From Camelus dromedarius (taxonomy: Eukaryota), in the NCBI RefSeq assembly GCF_036321535.1, contig NC_087436.1, forward strand, positions 46,812,001-46,876,000: 64,000 nt of DNA, in the 5' to 3' direction. Shown in pieces: positions 11,796 to 24,562 of this stretch. The notes beneath the pieces are model-generated. The model had not been told where the DNA came from, searched no databases, and worked only from the letters and a program-made list of their open reading frames with translations. The position numbers and the translations under genes were made by a program. Numbering within the stretch: position 1 is the stretch's first letter; every line of letters starts with the position of its first letter.

Positions 11796-12775
11796 TGCTG
11801 TTGTTTTCTTAAGGAACCACTCTCTGCCCTTACTATGGCTCTGTGAGTGTGCATGAGTGGGTGTGTTGTGTGTGTAAGCTGGCATTAAGCATGATAAAAA
11901 TGGGAGGCTACTTTGGGATACTGTAGAGTCTGATGGCCTTCCATTTAAAAATCCAGTAGCCCTCCATTTCTACCACTGGCACGCTGGTCGCCGCTTCCTA
12001 ACAAGGCATGCTGCTTACTGCTTTGAACTCCAAGTGGCAAAGTCAGAAGGACGGTACCGTTCTGTTTCACTTCAGGTTCCAGTCGGTTTGGCTTTCTGGT
12101 TCTAAGGTTCTATCCTGGTGATTCCCGCCCCTTTCTGCCAAATCATACTCTGCTGGCAACTGACTATAAATTTCACAGACTCCCTTTTAGTTTGAAGACT
12201 CCAGTGTCTTTCTTTGTCCACCCACCTCTAGCAATGCCTTATCCTCATAGCCTCTGAGTTCCTACCTTCTCGCCAGCATGAGCCTCTGCGTATTTCCTCT
12301 CAGATGAGTTTCTTCAGTTTCTTGTGTTTAATTATCCAATCTTGAAACTACCAAGGAATCCCAGAGGACAAGCAAGCACCAAACCTGGAAGGGGGCTGTT
12401 ATTTTAGTAGAACAGAATGGCTCACACTTCGGGAGCTTAACAATTTGGAACAGACATTCCAGAAACAGAGTCAACACACGGGTATGGAACCTTGGGGGAT
12501 TCTCCCCAGCTTTGCCTAGTGGGAGATTAGAGCTGTAACAGGCAGTTGAGAGGTTAAGGAAGTAAGTGGCTGAGCACGTACTCCAGGCTAGACTCCTGTC
12601 ATTCAGTGGCCTTGGCCCTTGCTGGTCAGCACTTCTGCTGCAGGTGGTTCTGTGTAGCTACCTTTGTCCAGCAAGGCTATGCTATACTTTTTCAGTTTGA
12701 TTTCAACCACGTGAAAAGACGAACCCCAGGGAGGAAAGGTAGGTGGACATAGGTTCCGAGGACTGTAAGGTAGAC

Positions 12776-13261
12776 CTCCTGTGTCCAGTGTGGTAGCCAA
12801 GAGCCACGTGTGACTGGCGAGCTCTTGCAATGTTGTGAGACTAAGGAACTAAATTTGTCATCTTATTTCATTTCAATTAATTAAAATTTAAATTTGAAAA
12901 CAAGTACTCGATTCAGTTATTAGAAAACGTGTGTATGTTTGAGATAAGTTGGGTATGTGACTCTATCCTTGCAATTTTAAATTTTATGAAATCTAAATAC
13001 AGAGCAAGTATTTCTAATGAAAATTTATCATCCAACTAGAGATGCACTCTAAGTGTAGAATGCACACCAGATTTTAAAGACTTCGTGTAAAAAAGGCAAA
13101 ATATCTTATTTACCTATAGAATATTTTGACTATGTTTAGTTAAATGAAATCTGTTATCAAAATTAATTTTACCCACTTATTTTTAACTTTTTATAATATG
13201 ACTACTAGAAAATTTTAAATTACATATGTGGTTCCCATTATGTTTCTAGTGGATAGCTCTG
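12776..13261. mobile_element. hAT-Charlie DNA transposon, Charlie1b-like
   Basis: 'gtccagtgtggtagccaagagccacgtgtg...aatctaaatacag...aagtatttctaatgaaaattta...ctactagaaaattttaaattacatatgtgg...ggatagctctg'. Confidence 0.85.
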
Positions 13262-13658
13262 GGTTAAAACACATATTTCTTGGAGGGGTATGGGGACCCT
13301 TGAATTTTCAGAAGTCTCAGTTGTAGCAATTACTTGGCGCTAGTAGGGTGAGTTTCAAGAAAGCGCTGAACTGCGTAGGAGAAACCGCCAAGACTGGGAA
13401 TTCAGACTCGACACACAGATTAAGAGTTTGAATTTCTCTATAATAATAACCACCAGTCATCTTCTTTTGAATATTTTAAAATTTTATGTAAAAGATATTT
13501 TTCCTGTATGTTTCCAAAGCTTTTTTTTCCTTTTTTCTTTTTGTCCTAAACATTATGTTTTTTGAGAGTTCTCCACAGAGATCCAGAGTAATACTTGTAG
13601 CTCTAGTTAATTCAGTTTCACTGCTGGATAGTGCCTCGTATGCCATATATGAATACAC

Positions 13659-13802
13659 TCTTTCTTTCTTTTCTTTTCTTTACCTTTTTTCCTTCTTTCT
13701 TTTTTCTTTCCTTTCTTCCTTCCTTTCACAGAGGTACTGGGGATTGAACCCAGGACCTTGTGCATGCTCAGCATGCATTCTACCACTGAGATATACCCTC
13801 CC
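13659..13802 (-). mobile_element. tRNA-Ala-derived SINE (camelid vic-1 type) with purine-rich tail
   Basis: Minus strand 'gggagggtatatctcagtggtagaatgcatgctgagcatgcacaaggtcctgggttcaatccccagtacctc' has an A-box/B-box tRNA-like head, followed by an A/G-rich tail. Confidence 0.9.
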
Positions 13803-14019
13803 GCAAACCCTACACCACTGTTTTTTAATTGGCCTTCTTTTGATGCACATTTGGATTATTTCCATCATTAGGTAGATTCTTACCATTACAAATGGTGCTA
13901 TGAAACTTCACAGTTCCTTCCATGCATTGGCAAGAGTTTATCTATAGAGTGTTAAGTCTGTAAGTGAAAGGCTGAGTGTTAGTGTATACACAATCTCAAC
14001 TTTACTAGATAGGATTAAA

Positions 14020-14022
<3 letters not shown>

Positions 14023-14084
<62 letters not shown>
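14023..14084. repeat. (TC)16(TA)15 compound microsatellite
   Basis: Directly visible perfect runs. Confidence 0.95.
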
Positions 14085-14088
<4 letters not shown>

Positions 14089-14458
14089 TTTATAAAATTA
14101 TTCTCCTGGGGTTGGTTGTATCGATTTATACCCCAACAGCAGTGTTGCTTCACTTTCTTCTCCACTTGTGCTAGTCTTCAAATAAAAATGCTTTGCAACC
14201 TGAAGTGCCTCTTTCCTGTTTCATTTGCATTTCTCCAGGCATCTTTTCATATTTATCGATCAGTAAGGCTTCTTTCTTGACGTATGTGTTGATAATTATT
14301 GCCCAGTTTTCTATTGGGTAATTTGCCTTTTTGTAGGAAGCACTCTGACTGATCATCTTGAAGCAGATACATAGGTGACACCTGAGCTGTTCCATATCTC
14401 ATTGTTGTTCCTTTTTCTATATTTGTTTTTCCTTCTCTTTAAATGTTTATCTTTTAAG

Positions 14459-14734
14459 GGTGTCATCTGAGATCAAAGAAGGGCCCCCTCTTTTCCCCAC
14501 CACCAACGTGTGCCATTTCTGATGCCTACAAGGAGTGGAGTGAGTGCTCAACCAGCATGGAGCAGCCATGAGCGGGAACAGCAGGAGAGAGCCCAGAGCA
14601 AGGTGATCTCTACTTCTGCACCATGGCTGATAGCTATCTTATGTGTTCTTCCTGCATTAAGGACAAAAGCTGCTGTTCAGTCCACAAGAGAAGAAGAAAA
14701 AAGAAAAGAGTAAAAGCTACCACATTTAGCATAT
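14459..14734 (+). other. Candidate exon (276 nt), probably non-coding
   Basis: ~55-nt AG-free pyrimidine tract ending 'cttttaag|', donor 'TAT|gtaagt'. Stops in all frames. Confidence 0.3.
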
Positions 14735-15079
14735 GTAAGTATTGAGAAGGTTCCACTGAGACTATAATTAGATAAGAAAAATGAAATAATTTGAAGGTCC
14801 CAAAATAGCCATTAGTTTAAAAGCAGTTATGAAAACTAGTTTGAAAGACAGCAAAAATGCTTTTAAAAGCATCCCTTGAATCTACAGCCAAATATCAGAT
14901 TGACTCCACGGGGCTGCAGTTTTTAAGCTGACAGTAAGACACAAAGCTCTCTCAATAATTCCAGCTTAGGGCTTCATTGACACTTGTGAACAGTCTTTGA
15001 AAGCTCTTCTGTGGCTTGTAACAGCTTCTGTTTCTTAGGACACTTGGTATTGTAAGTACAGATATGGTCATTAAAAGTT

Positions 15080-15300
15080 AATAATGATACCTAGTATTTA
15101 TACAACACCTTTCATCCAAGGACCTCAAAGAACTGAGCAAACATTAACTCACTAATTCCCATAAGAGCCATGAGGCAAGAGTTATTATACCCATTTTACT
15201 GATGAAGGGGCTGAGGCACAGAGAACTTAAGTAAATTATCTTACTCAGGGTCACATGGGACGTTAAAATTTTAACTGAGAATAGGTCAAGATCTCATGCT
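15080..15300 (-). mobile_element. MIR-family SINE (MIR1_Amn/MIR3-like tail)
   Basis: Core 'cccattttactgatgaaggggctgaggcacagaga' plus tail 'cacctttcatccaaggacctcaaag'. Confidence 0.75.
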
Positions 15301-15889
15301 CTCTGTTCACGTTTGTCTAAAAAGATATCTACTTGTTTACAGAGATTTGTGGGGGCTTTCCTTCCCTCCACTCTGTTTTCTCCTAGTGAGTTGTGTTAAA
15401 CAAACAGTTATGAAAAGGGGAATTTTTCAGGGTTAAACGTAAATTTCCAAAGGGCAGCACAATGTCATGTCGTTCTGGAGACATGTTTATTGAACAAAAG
15501 AATACAGGTGTGTGGCAGAAGAGGACAAAAAATTTATATAAGTTGTATTACCAGTTTATATAAGTTGTATTACCAATACAAGAACCCTCAAGCCTTTCCC
15601 TCGGGGAAGTTGCCTCCCATTTCTTTAACACTGACTTGGAAATTTCTGCCATCTCAACTGGTAGTTCTACCAGGCCCGCCCCAATAAGTCTATTCAGACA
15701 CTCTTCTGTCAGCTTGACAGGGCCCAGGACCCTCATTAGTTCACTTGCCCCCATTTTATTAGGTTCTGAATTTCTTTTTGTGTTAAATTGACACCTGACC
15801 TTAAGGTCTTAGTCCTGCCCAATGGCAAGAGATAGAACAAGCCTAGTCGCTCGTCAGTGTGACAGACCTTCATAGCTTCAGACGAAGAC

Positions 15890-16100
15890 CTTTTGTTTCC
15901 CTCAGATCTTTTCCCTGGAACAACCAGAGGTCCGGCAACTGTAACTCATACGTGGTTGTTTCTAGGTACATCCCATTGTGTTCATCCCTGTCTGACACAC
16001 TCCAGTTGATCAAGGTCTCTCTTAAAATGTGGTACCCAGACCTGAACATCATATTCCAGATGTGGTCTGAGATGGGAGAACAGCTGCTCCCACGAACCAC
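15890..16100 (-). mobile_element. L3/CR1 LINE fragment
   Basis: 'ctccagttgatcaaggtctctcttaaaatgtggtacccagacctgaacatcatattccagatgtggtctga' resembles antisense CR1 ORF2. Confidence 0.75.
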
Positions 16101-16562
16101 ACCAGAGCTCTTCCTTTATTTCAAAACTGCAGTTGACTCCTCCTGCAGCCTTTCTTCTTCAGGCAAAAAAAAAAAAAAAAAAAACCAACCAACCAAACAG
16201 AAAGCAGAAACAATCTAACTTGCAGTGTCATTTCTTAAAGATTTCTTTTGCATGATTTGAATAATTTCTCTGCATATTTCCTAACTCTCTTTTTCTAATG
16301 TATTTCTAAATTTCATAGAAATATACATCAGGGTCAAATAATACTTTTAAGCTGATTAAAAATGGTGAGTCTCCAGTTAAGTAAATCTTAAGTTTTTTCT
16401 TAAGCAGCTGTCAGACTGTAACCTGGTAGATGTGGAAATATGATTGTACCTTTAATATCTGTCATGTAAGTTATATGCTAAGTGCAGTAGTCGAAGTTAT
16501 TGTCTATTTTTAGAATAAAAATTGTGTGTGTGGGGGGGTGGTTCTGATCACAGAAAGAAATG

Positions 16563-16804
16563 AAGTTTAGCACAGTGGTTAATAACCCAAGTTCTAGAAT
16601 CGGATATTCATGAGTTTGAATTTTGGCCCTGCCATTTATGCGTCTTTGGACTAATTTATTTAAACTCTTCAAACTTTAGTTTCTCCATGTGTAAAGTGAG
16701 GATTATAATAGGACCTCTCTTATGGCGTTATTGTGAAGATACTATGTAATGATGATCATAAAAGACCTAGCACAGAACCTGACATGGAGAAAGCACTCAA
16801 CAAA
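16563..16804 (+). mobile_element. MIR SINE, near full length
   Basis: 'agcacagtggttaa...ctttagtttctccatgtgtaaagtgaggattataatag...ctagcacagaacctgacat...cactcaacaaa'. Confidence 0.85.
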
Positions 16805-19409
16805 CACAAACATTTTTACTGTGGAAATATTTGGAACGTACAGAAATAAGGACAAAAGAAAATGAAAGTCACTTGTAATTGTCAGCTTATTTTAGAAATA
16901 ACTACTATTAGTATTTAGAATATATTCTTCAAATTTTTTCTGTAGTTTGAGTAAAAAGAGTTCTTGCAGAACAAACAAGGTTGTGAAAATGAGCAGTGAA
17001 ATTCCTAATGTATCATGATAAGCAATAAAACAATAATAATATCAACATTATGACAGACTTAAAACTATAAGAAATACATGATCCATATTTTTAGGTCATT
17101 ACTATTAGAAGTTGCCTAAAAAGAATACATAATAGATCAGATATTGTCTTTTATAAAAGTAAATGAGAAGTGGACATGAGTGATACAAGGGGCATGGTTA
17201 CGGAAAGCATCTCAGAATATATGCACATGTACACCGGTTTCCGGGCCAGGTGTGTGTATATGTGAAGACCAGAGTATCAGGTAACTTGTGGTTCTCAGAA
17301 CCTTCTGTGATTTTACATAACCAAACAGAAAGTTATCAGCTTTGATGGTAATACAAAAGCAGTACTTTGAAACTAGTAATATCAGCAGATCTAAATTCCA
17401 ACAGCAGTTGATTCAAATTTACTTACCAAATTTACTTATTTATCTTATTGATAAATTTATTTAAACTTTAATTAAATTGGTTTATTTCTTTATTTCCTCT
17501 AATATTTCCTTCCCATACTGTGGCCTCTACTCTGGAAAAAAGGGTATATGATTTCCCAAGCAATCTTATTTCTGGCTTCTCTGCTGCACCTCACATGCAT
17601 CAGAGCGTTACTAGACCTGGGAGCACACTTGTTCACCAGGATGGAGCCTCTAGTTTCATTTCACCTCCCCTTCACACAGCCTCCTGCAACTGCTAATCGC
17701 ATCCGGCCACTACCCTGCAGGGCTGGATTCCAGCCAAAGTGGGGAGAGACTCTCAGGCATCTTTTACCAGCTCTGTGTCAACCCCTTGAACCACACCATT
17801 CCCACGTAATAAAACTTCTAAACTGGGTATGGAGGCCAACGGGGTGGCATTGATTCAAACCAGGCCCTTGCCCTCTCTGGCTCCTGGGCAACAGGTCAGG
17901 CCATATCTCGAAGGCAGAACACCCGCCAGACAATCCTGGGAGCGGTGCAGGCCTCCAGAGGCTTGACTGGGTGCCAGGCCTGAAGACAGTGGGGCTGGTG
18001 GGGCATGGGGAGAAGAGCGTAGTTCAAGACACCGCCGTATTTTATGGCACAACAATCTCAGCACAGAGGCAGATGGTCGGGGAGGCTGTTTGAAGAGCAG
18101 CCTGTGACAGACCGAGAGGGTGAGGGCTCTGAGTCACAGCGACAGGTGTGTTATTATCAAAGTGATGTAGGGGGTCTGGAATGTGACTTAAAAGGCAGTA
18201 ATGAGACATTATCCATAAACATATTAACTGCTTCAAGTAACATGGCACTAAAAAGTGAGGGCAACCCCATTCTTATGAAATCTTGGCTCACCGGCCACGA
18301 GCGAGCAGACACAAGTGATGCGTAAGCAGAAGTAAGTGGAAGGGGCAGGGTGCGCGTCTTTCTGGAGCAGGAACACGACCCGTACTCTGCACACTTTTCT
18401 CCTGCCCTGTTTCCCCAGCGTAATTCCCGAGACGGCTATACATTGCCTCTCCATGTTTGATATCCTGTTAGTTCTTAAGAAACTCTTAACCTTTTCTTGC
18501 CATCCTGACCTAGGATATAAAGCCTTCTTCTTTCTTGAAGTAGTTATTTAACTTCATATTCTAGGGCAAGGGGTCTGTAATTGTCCCCTATTTGTTCCTG
18601 TCTTTCAGGATCATAAAGGGTGTGTTTACAATCCACTTTTCAGGTGGAGAAAGCTTTTTTAGCCCAAGGCCCTGGACGGTAATCGGTAGCAGTCATTTCC
18701 AGCTTTACAGCTGCTGACAGTCATCCCATGAGATGCGCAGTAACTGGCTTCAAGGCTGGCTTCCACTAGCAATTGTAGCAGGTGATGCCCCAGACCAGGA
18801 TATTCCTGAGCTCTACAAGCCTGTTTCCATCCTCCCACCCCGCAGTTTCACCTGCGTGCCCCTCAGGTACCCCAGGGAACATTTAGCATCACCAAAATTG
18901 CCTTGGCAAAGACAGACTCAGGACGTTGCCCTGACCAACCTGACCTATAAATAGGATGGTCACCTGTTCCGATTTTTCACATGTATGTTTCCACCTTCTG
19001 TTTCTCTGCCTGTGGAATTAGGGTAGTTTACAACTTGAAACCGGCTTCATTTTGTACTTGACTTTTTCCTTTTTACAGTACTATCACCATTAATAATGAA
19101 AACAACAGTAATAACAGTGTTTGCCCATACTTACTTTTCTAGTGTTTGTAGTTGTATATTATCTCATCATTATTATTATTGACTGTTTCATGATAACTTG
19201 ATATACAGTTGACTAATTTTGAACAAATTCAGTACACTTTTAAAGAGTACCGATATAAGTCTTAAGACTGTAATTTACTTACCCCACACAGAAGTTACTA
19301 GTTTCTGTCCTCATACATTAGCTCAAACCTTGGCTAAAGTCTGATTGAGACTATTTTTTCCTAAACATAACTCTTTGCTTAACTGAAGGCATGTTTTTCC
19401 TGATTAGAA

Positions 19410-19605
19410 CCCGTATTGAGGCCTAGTACATAAATGGCACCTTTTCGTTGCTGATCTCACTGAGTTCTCCATTGATCCTAAGAGATAGCTGTTACTATGT
19501 CTCCAATATAGACAAAAACGATACTGTTGCCCAAGGTCACAGAACTAATACGGGGCAAATCCAGAATTCAAATTTAGAATTTAAAGTTCTGTCTGGCTCA
19601 AAATA
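19410..19605 (-). mobile_element. MIR SINE
   Basis: 'ttgcccaaggtcacagaactaat...aattcaaat...tgtctggctcaaa'. Confidence 0.65.
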
Positions 19606-20389
19606 TTCCAATAATGAGCCTGAATTTCTGATATTAAATGCAAGACCTTTAGAACCCGAAAACCATAAGTACTGAACATTTTAGCTTATTTGATAAAACC
19701 AAATAAATCACGTGAAATACATTTGTAAAGACATAGCCCATAGGTTAGAAATAATCTTGTTAAAAAAAAACACACACAGAAAATACAACTTGCAAACATA
19801 ATTATTTACTAGAAACATTTGCTTTTCAATTATATCACATAAAGGCTAACTATGAAATTAATCTAAGTTACTGAGGGAAAAGGAAATATCAGTGTTAATA
19901 AAGAGTTTTCATTATTACATAATTTAAATACCTCTGCTTACTTTTTCTAAGTGATTCACCCATATTTCCATTTTGTTTTCAGAATCAGGAGTTGGAGATT
20001 CTATGAGCTAAGTCATTCCTGCTGCCAGGTGATAGCCATCTCTCTACCGGTGAGGCAACAAACGCTAACTGCCGTAGTGTCTGCTTTACACTTCCGTGAC
20101 TTCTTGAGTTTTTGGTAGGAACTCAAATCTACCAAGTATACATTTTAGATGAAATGTTTAGCTGGAAATTAAGCTCATGCCATAGAGGACCACAGCAAAC
20201 AGTCCTTGACCCTAAATAGTGGGTATCTGTCGTTTGTAGCCTCAGGCCTATCATCAGACCTATCTGCAACTCAGTGTCCACACTTGGAGGATGGAACCAG
20301 ATGATTACTATGGATGCAGACATTTCAAAGCTCCGTGATTCTGTGGTTCACAGCAAGATCGTAGGCTAAGTTCCAGGCTTGCTTCTCTG

Positions 20390-21252
20390 TGTAACTGATG
20401 TTTTGGGCTTTCCAGAACCCTTTCCTCCTTCCATCAGTAACAGCACGTGACCCCACTTTTGCTGAGGTAAACTGCCCGCCTCTCCCTCCACCCCAACAGC
20501 CACTTGTCCTGTGGTTCTGCTGTTGCAGCTGCTCAGAGCACTTCGCCCACCCGACCACAGGGCTGAGCCAGCGGTGAGCATGTGACCCAAGGAGAGCCAG
20601 TCTGAGCCTGTCCATGTAGCAGCTGGCAGGGATGTTTATCTTTCCCCTTTGGAACACTAGCCATAAGGATGTGGCCCCAGATCTGCCTGTCCTCCTATCC
20701 CCTAGCATGTGAGGGAGCTGGAGAGCAAGAGGCCAGGCCTGAGGAAGAGGCCAGGATGAGAGGAGGGCAGTAGAAGACAGATTCCTGACAGTACTCAAGT
20801 CCCGGATCAGTTGACACCGAGGTCCACTCCATGGTTACCATCCTGAGATTTGGTTACCAGAGTCTATCATGACCACTTCTTTGCTTAAGTCATATAAGTT
20901 TGCACATTTTTTAAAAATTTACGTATGTGTACTGTTCATTGTTTCTAAGAACAGTTTAGACTTTTAGCTTTTTAAACTCAGTTATCAAAGGAATAAAGCC
21001 AACCAGAAAATAAGAATCAACAGAATGCGGTAATCCAATCATAAAGGACAGTCGAATGTGCTTACACATATTGAAGAAATCAATCATCTAAGCTATAAAT
21101 AATTAGTTCATTTGTGTCCTTTTATTTTTAGATTCCACATATAAGTGATATCATAGGGCATTTTTCTTTCTCTTTCTGGCTTACTCCACTTAGAATGTAA
21201 GTCATATAAGTTTGGAGTTTCTGTCGCAAGCAAAAGGGCCCTAAGCAGTACA
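20390..21252 (+). mobile_element. MaLR LTR, MLT1K/J-like, interrupted at 20903-21197
   Basis: Starts TGTAAC. Removing the insertion restores the MLT1 terminus 'ttttgcttaagtcatataagtttggagtttctgtcgcaagcaaaagggccctaagcagtaca'. Confidence 0.8.
20903..21197 (-). mobile_element. Young chimeric insertion: L1 ORF2 C-terminal fragment (21105-21197) fused to ~200 bp of unidentified sequence
   Basis: Perfect 17-bp TSD taagtcatataagtttg at 20886-20902 and 21198-21214. The minus strand encodes ILSGVSQKEKEKCPMISLICGI*, the L1 ORF2p C-terminus. Confidence 0.85.
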
Positions 21253-22639
21253 ATTCTCCACCTTCCCCCAACTGCCAATACGCTACATTCCAATTCAGTT
21301 ACATTAAGTCAAAATAGCTTTTATGACTCCAACAGCTTGACAACTCTCCACGTCCTCTGAACTTTTACTCTTAAGGAGGTGCAACCAAGTGACAGACTTA
21401 CATGGATGCTGTGAAGCACTGTGATTTCAGCTTTTAAGCACTGAGTTTTAAGAGATGGCTACCTTTCATCATGAACCAAAGAAACCTCTTTCTCTGTAAG
21501 AACATCTGAGACCTTCCTCAGTATCTGGATTTTTCCAAAAGAGGAAATCAATCAAGAAGAAAACATCAAACAAATTACTTAGTCACTGGATAGAACTTCT
21601 AGAATGAAATTCAGGGGTGGGGGTGTCCTCTGTCATGTAGGATCTGGCACTAGATCAAGAGGCTGTGAGGCCTTGTTCTCATACTGTTGGTGGTCTCCAC
21701 AGAGGAGCAGAGCGAGAGGGGAGGGAGGGGCAATGCTGGCGGACACCTCTGAAAACTGGCTGGCATCACAGAGATTTTCTGATCAACCCTGGAGAGATTG
21801 CTGAGCAGTGCATTGTATCTGAAGGTGCAGATCCAGCCCAGAGCAGCCGTGGCTCCCTATTGAGTGGAAACTGGGGGTGCAGGTTTTGGGGGAGTCGTTC
21901 AACCCCTCCAGCAAGTATAGAGACAACATAGGGGCCCTTAATCTAATGGCAAGGGGAGGAAACCACATATAAAAAACTCCAATCTGCGGCCAGAAATGTA
22001 GCTGGAAAGAGAGGTCTTTCTGCTTCACTAGTAAGAACAACTCTAGAAAACCCAGAGGAAACCGCTGATCCTGTGTCTGGTACATGGCAGAACTTGTGAA
22101 AGACACAAAAGCCAGTGAGTGGCTGAGAGCTCAGACCAACTCTACAGACGGGGGTGGGGATGGCTCCTCAGAGAGAAAACCGACCACAGCACCTCTCCAC
22201 CACAGATATTCAAAGATCAACAAGGTTGTTTTCCATTTTAAGTACAACTTATTTGCTTTAAATACAAGTAAGCCTGAATCCAAACTGCAGGATGCCATGT
22301 ATAAATCCCAAGACTTCAATTCCCTTTTTCCTCCTCATTCCACTTCTACAATCAGAGCAGCGCGTAGTCTCATAGATGGGATCTGAATCACACAAATACA
22401 ATTAACAGGGCAACACACTGATACTATTTCAGCAAGTAACACTTTAACACTGCCACAAAGAACTGTATAGTGAGTTACTTTAAGCACCACAGTTTTGGTT
22501 ATTGTAAATTCAGCTCTGATGGGTTTATAGGATTGAGCACTTCACATATATTATTTGCACCTCATCCTTTTCTCCATTTCCTTAAGCATTTTCTAAAGTT
22601 ACACTTTGGCACTAGGAGTTACCACCGAAGGGACCTCCT

Positions 22640-22770
22640 TGTCTTTTGAAGACTATGACACCAGGGCTCAAACAGGTGACGTACTTGCTCAGGGTCACAC
22701 AGGTTGTTAGTGGCAGAGCCAGAGCTAGAAGCCAGGCCTCTGGAGCAGCAGGTGCTGACTCGAAGCACGG
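22640..22770 (-). mobile_element. MIR fragment
   Basis: 'acttgctcagggtcacacaggttgttagtggcagagccagagctagaagccagg'. Confidence 0.75.
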
Positions 22771-23004
22771 CTCTGTGGGCTCCCCTGTAGGAGACGGGCC
22801 TGGTGACGGCAGGGTTCACAAGAGGAAGCGAAGAGGACAAGAGCCCCAGCTCAGTGTGAGAAGACTGGATCTGAGTCAGCACACCAAAGCTGTCACGAGA
22901 TAAAAGCAAGTAATTCTTACTCAAGTGAAAACAACCAGGGACTCATTTTCAGCCTCCAACAAGATGTTGAAAAGTTAAAGAGCTGTAATTGCCTTCAAGG
23001 CTTT

Positions 23005-23160
23005 GATAGTAGCTCATACTTGCATAGTACCTTTCATCTGTGAGTTCTTAAAATACCGTAAAACTAGTATGATTAACTCAGTTTTACAGGTGGGGAAACT
23101 GAGACACTAACTTGCCCAAAGTTATACAAAAAAAGCAAGAGTGGAACTTAGCCTATGACT
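23005..23160 (-). mobile_element. MIR-family SINE fragment
   Basis: 'ttttacaggtggggaaactgagacactaacttgcccaaagt' with tail 'tagtacctttcatc'. Confidence 0.7.
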
Positions 23161-24562
23161 CACGTGTGAACCGTGGAATCATGGAGGTTTGAAACGTAAG
23201 AGTCCATACTAGTTAACCAGCTCTGCCCCTGTGCGGAAACCAAGGTGCACGAAGGCCTAACGATCTGTCCTAAGTCACACAGCTGGCAAGTGAGTGAGTG
23301 AGTGAGTCGCACGAAAACCCAGGCCCCCTGAATCCCAGGGCTGGGCTCTTTTCTCTTGTTCACTCACCCAAGTATAGTCCTGCTCAGGCAGATGTGAAGA
23401 GAGCCCCAAAATGGACTTGCTACCGAACTTCCCAGCTTTCTCGCTGCAAGGTCATGCTTCTTCCCTGATTCCCCACGAGGGATGATCAGCTCTAGGAGTG
23501 AGAATAACCCACCCAACTGCCCTCATTTCAACTGGCGAGTGGCACCTCCCAGCCTCCGCAGCTTTATCTGCTGTCGGGGAAGGTGTCAGGCATCAAACCG
23601 GAGGTCGAGTGGTGGCCAAAACAGCCTGGTAGCATTTGGTGGCTGTTGACCGGACTTGTTGGTTCCATTTGATTCTTAATGGTGGCTTCTTCTTCAACTT
23701 GAAGACACTTAGGATTCTCCACCTGCAGGACACCCATCAGCAAAAAACACCCTACTTTTCCTTTAAATATTCTTTTGGCAACCACAAGAGATGGCAACCC
23801 CGCTACACTTGAAAAGTCTGCTCCACATCAAAGCCAGCCTTTCTTTTCACCAGACTCACAGAGCTTTTTATTCCCAGCCCTCCTGAATATTCCAAACGCC
23901 ACCAGTGTTTACATTTTTGTCCAACCTACACGTCTTTTCCTGCTTAAGAACCATATTCCCTATCACTTTAGTCATGTGGCTAACACACCCTGCTTCCTTC
24001 CTTTTCCTCCGGCTCTTCTGGCCTCTGACTCAGTTACACCCATCCTGGCTGGGGGTACCGTCGGGAACATTGAAAACATTAGTTCTTGCCAGTGCCCTCT
24101 GACATGGGTCCCTTATTCCAGACTGAAAATACTCCATTCATTCAGTAGCCCAAGAACCACCAGTGTTCCCATCACACCAGATATTTCAATCAGCGTTCTC
24201 CGATGGTGACCAGCGCAGAATTTGTCTCATCTGAAGTCGACTTTTACTGCTCCTGTTCCTAGTGAACTAGAGTCAGGAAGTGAGGTCGTGATGATTGGGT
24301 TTGGAAAGAAGGTAAAAACCTAAGAGGTTGTAACCCATGTTTTGCCTCAAAGTAAAAATAGAAACACTGGTCTACCCAGTAACACTGAGTGGGAAAAAAA
24401 AACCACCAGCCGTATTCGGGGTAGAAGACCATCAACAGTCTCCTTCCCGGACCCTACGCTAACGTGCAGGAGTGAATTTTCAAGAGAATTCCTCATTCCT
24501 TCATAGGCAAAACATGTCAAAGAGCAAGTCATGCCATCTTCTTAGGTTGTGGCTGGACACAC

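Larger units (their letters stand above)
13540..14360 (-). mobile_element. Ancient L1 (L1ME-like) fragment, interrupted by a SINE and a microsatellite
   Basis: 'ttgatgcacatttggattatttcc...attacaaatggtgctatgaa...tttcatttgcatttctc...tgcccagttttctattggg'. Confidence 0.7.

Noticed and set aside
13731..13802. Functional tRNA-Ala gene
   Set aside because: Acceptor and D-arm sequences are degenerate, it carries a long purine-rich tail, and it is nested in an L1, so it is a SINE.
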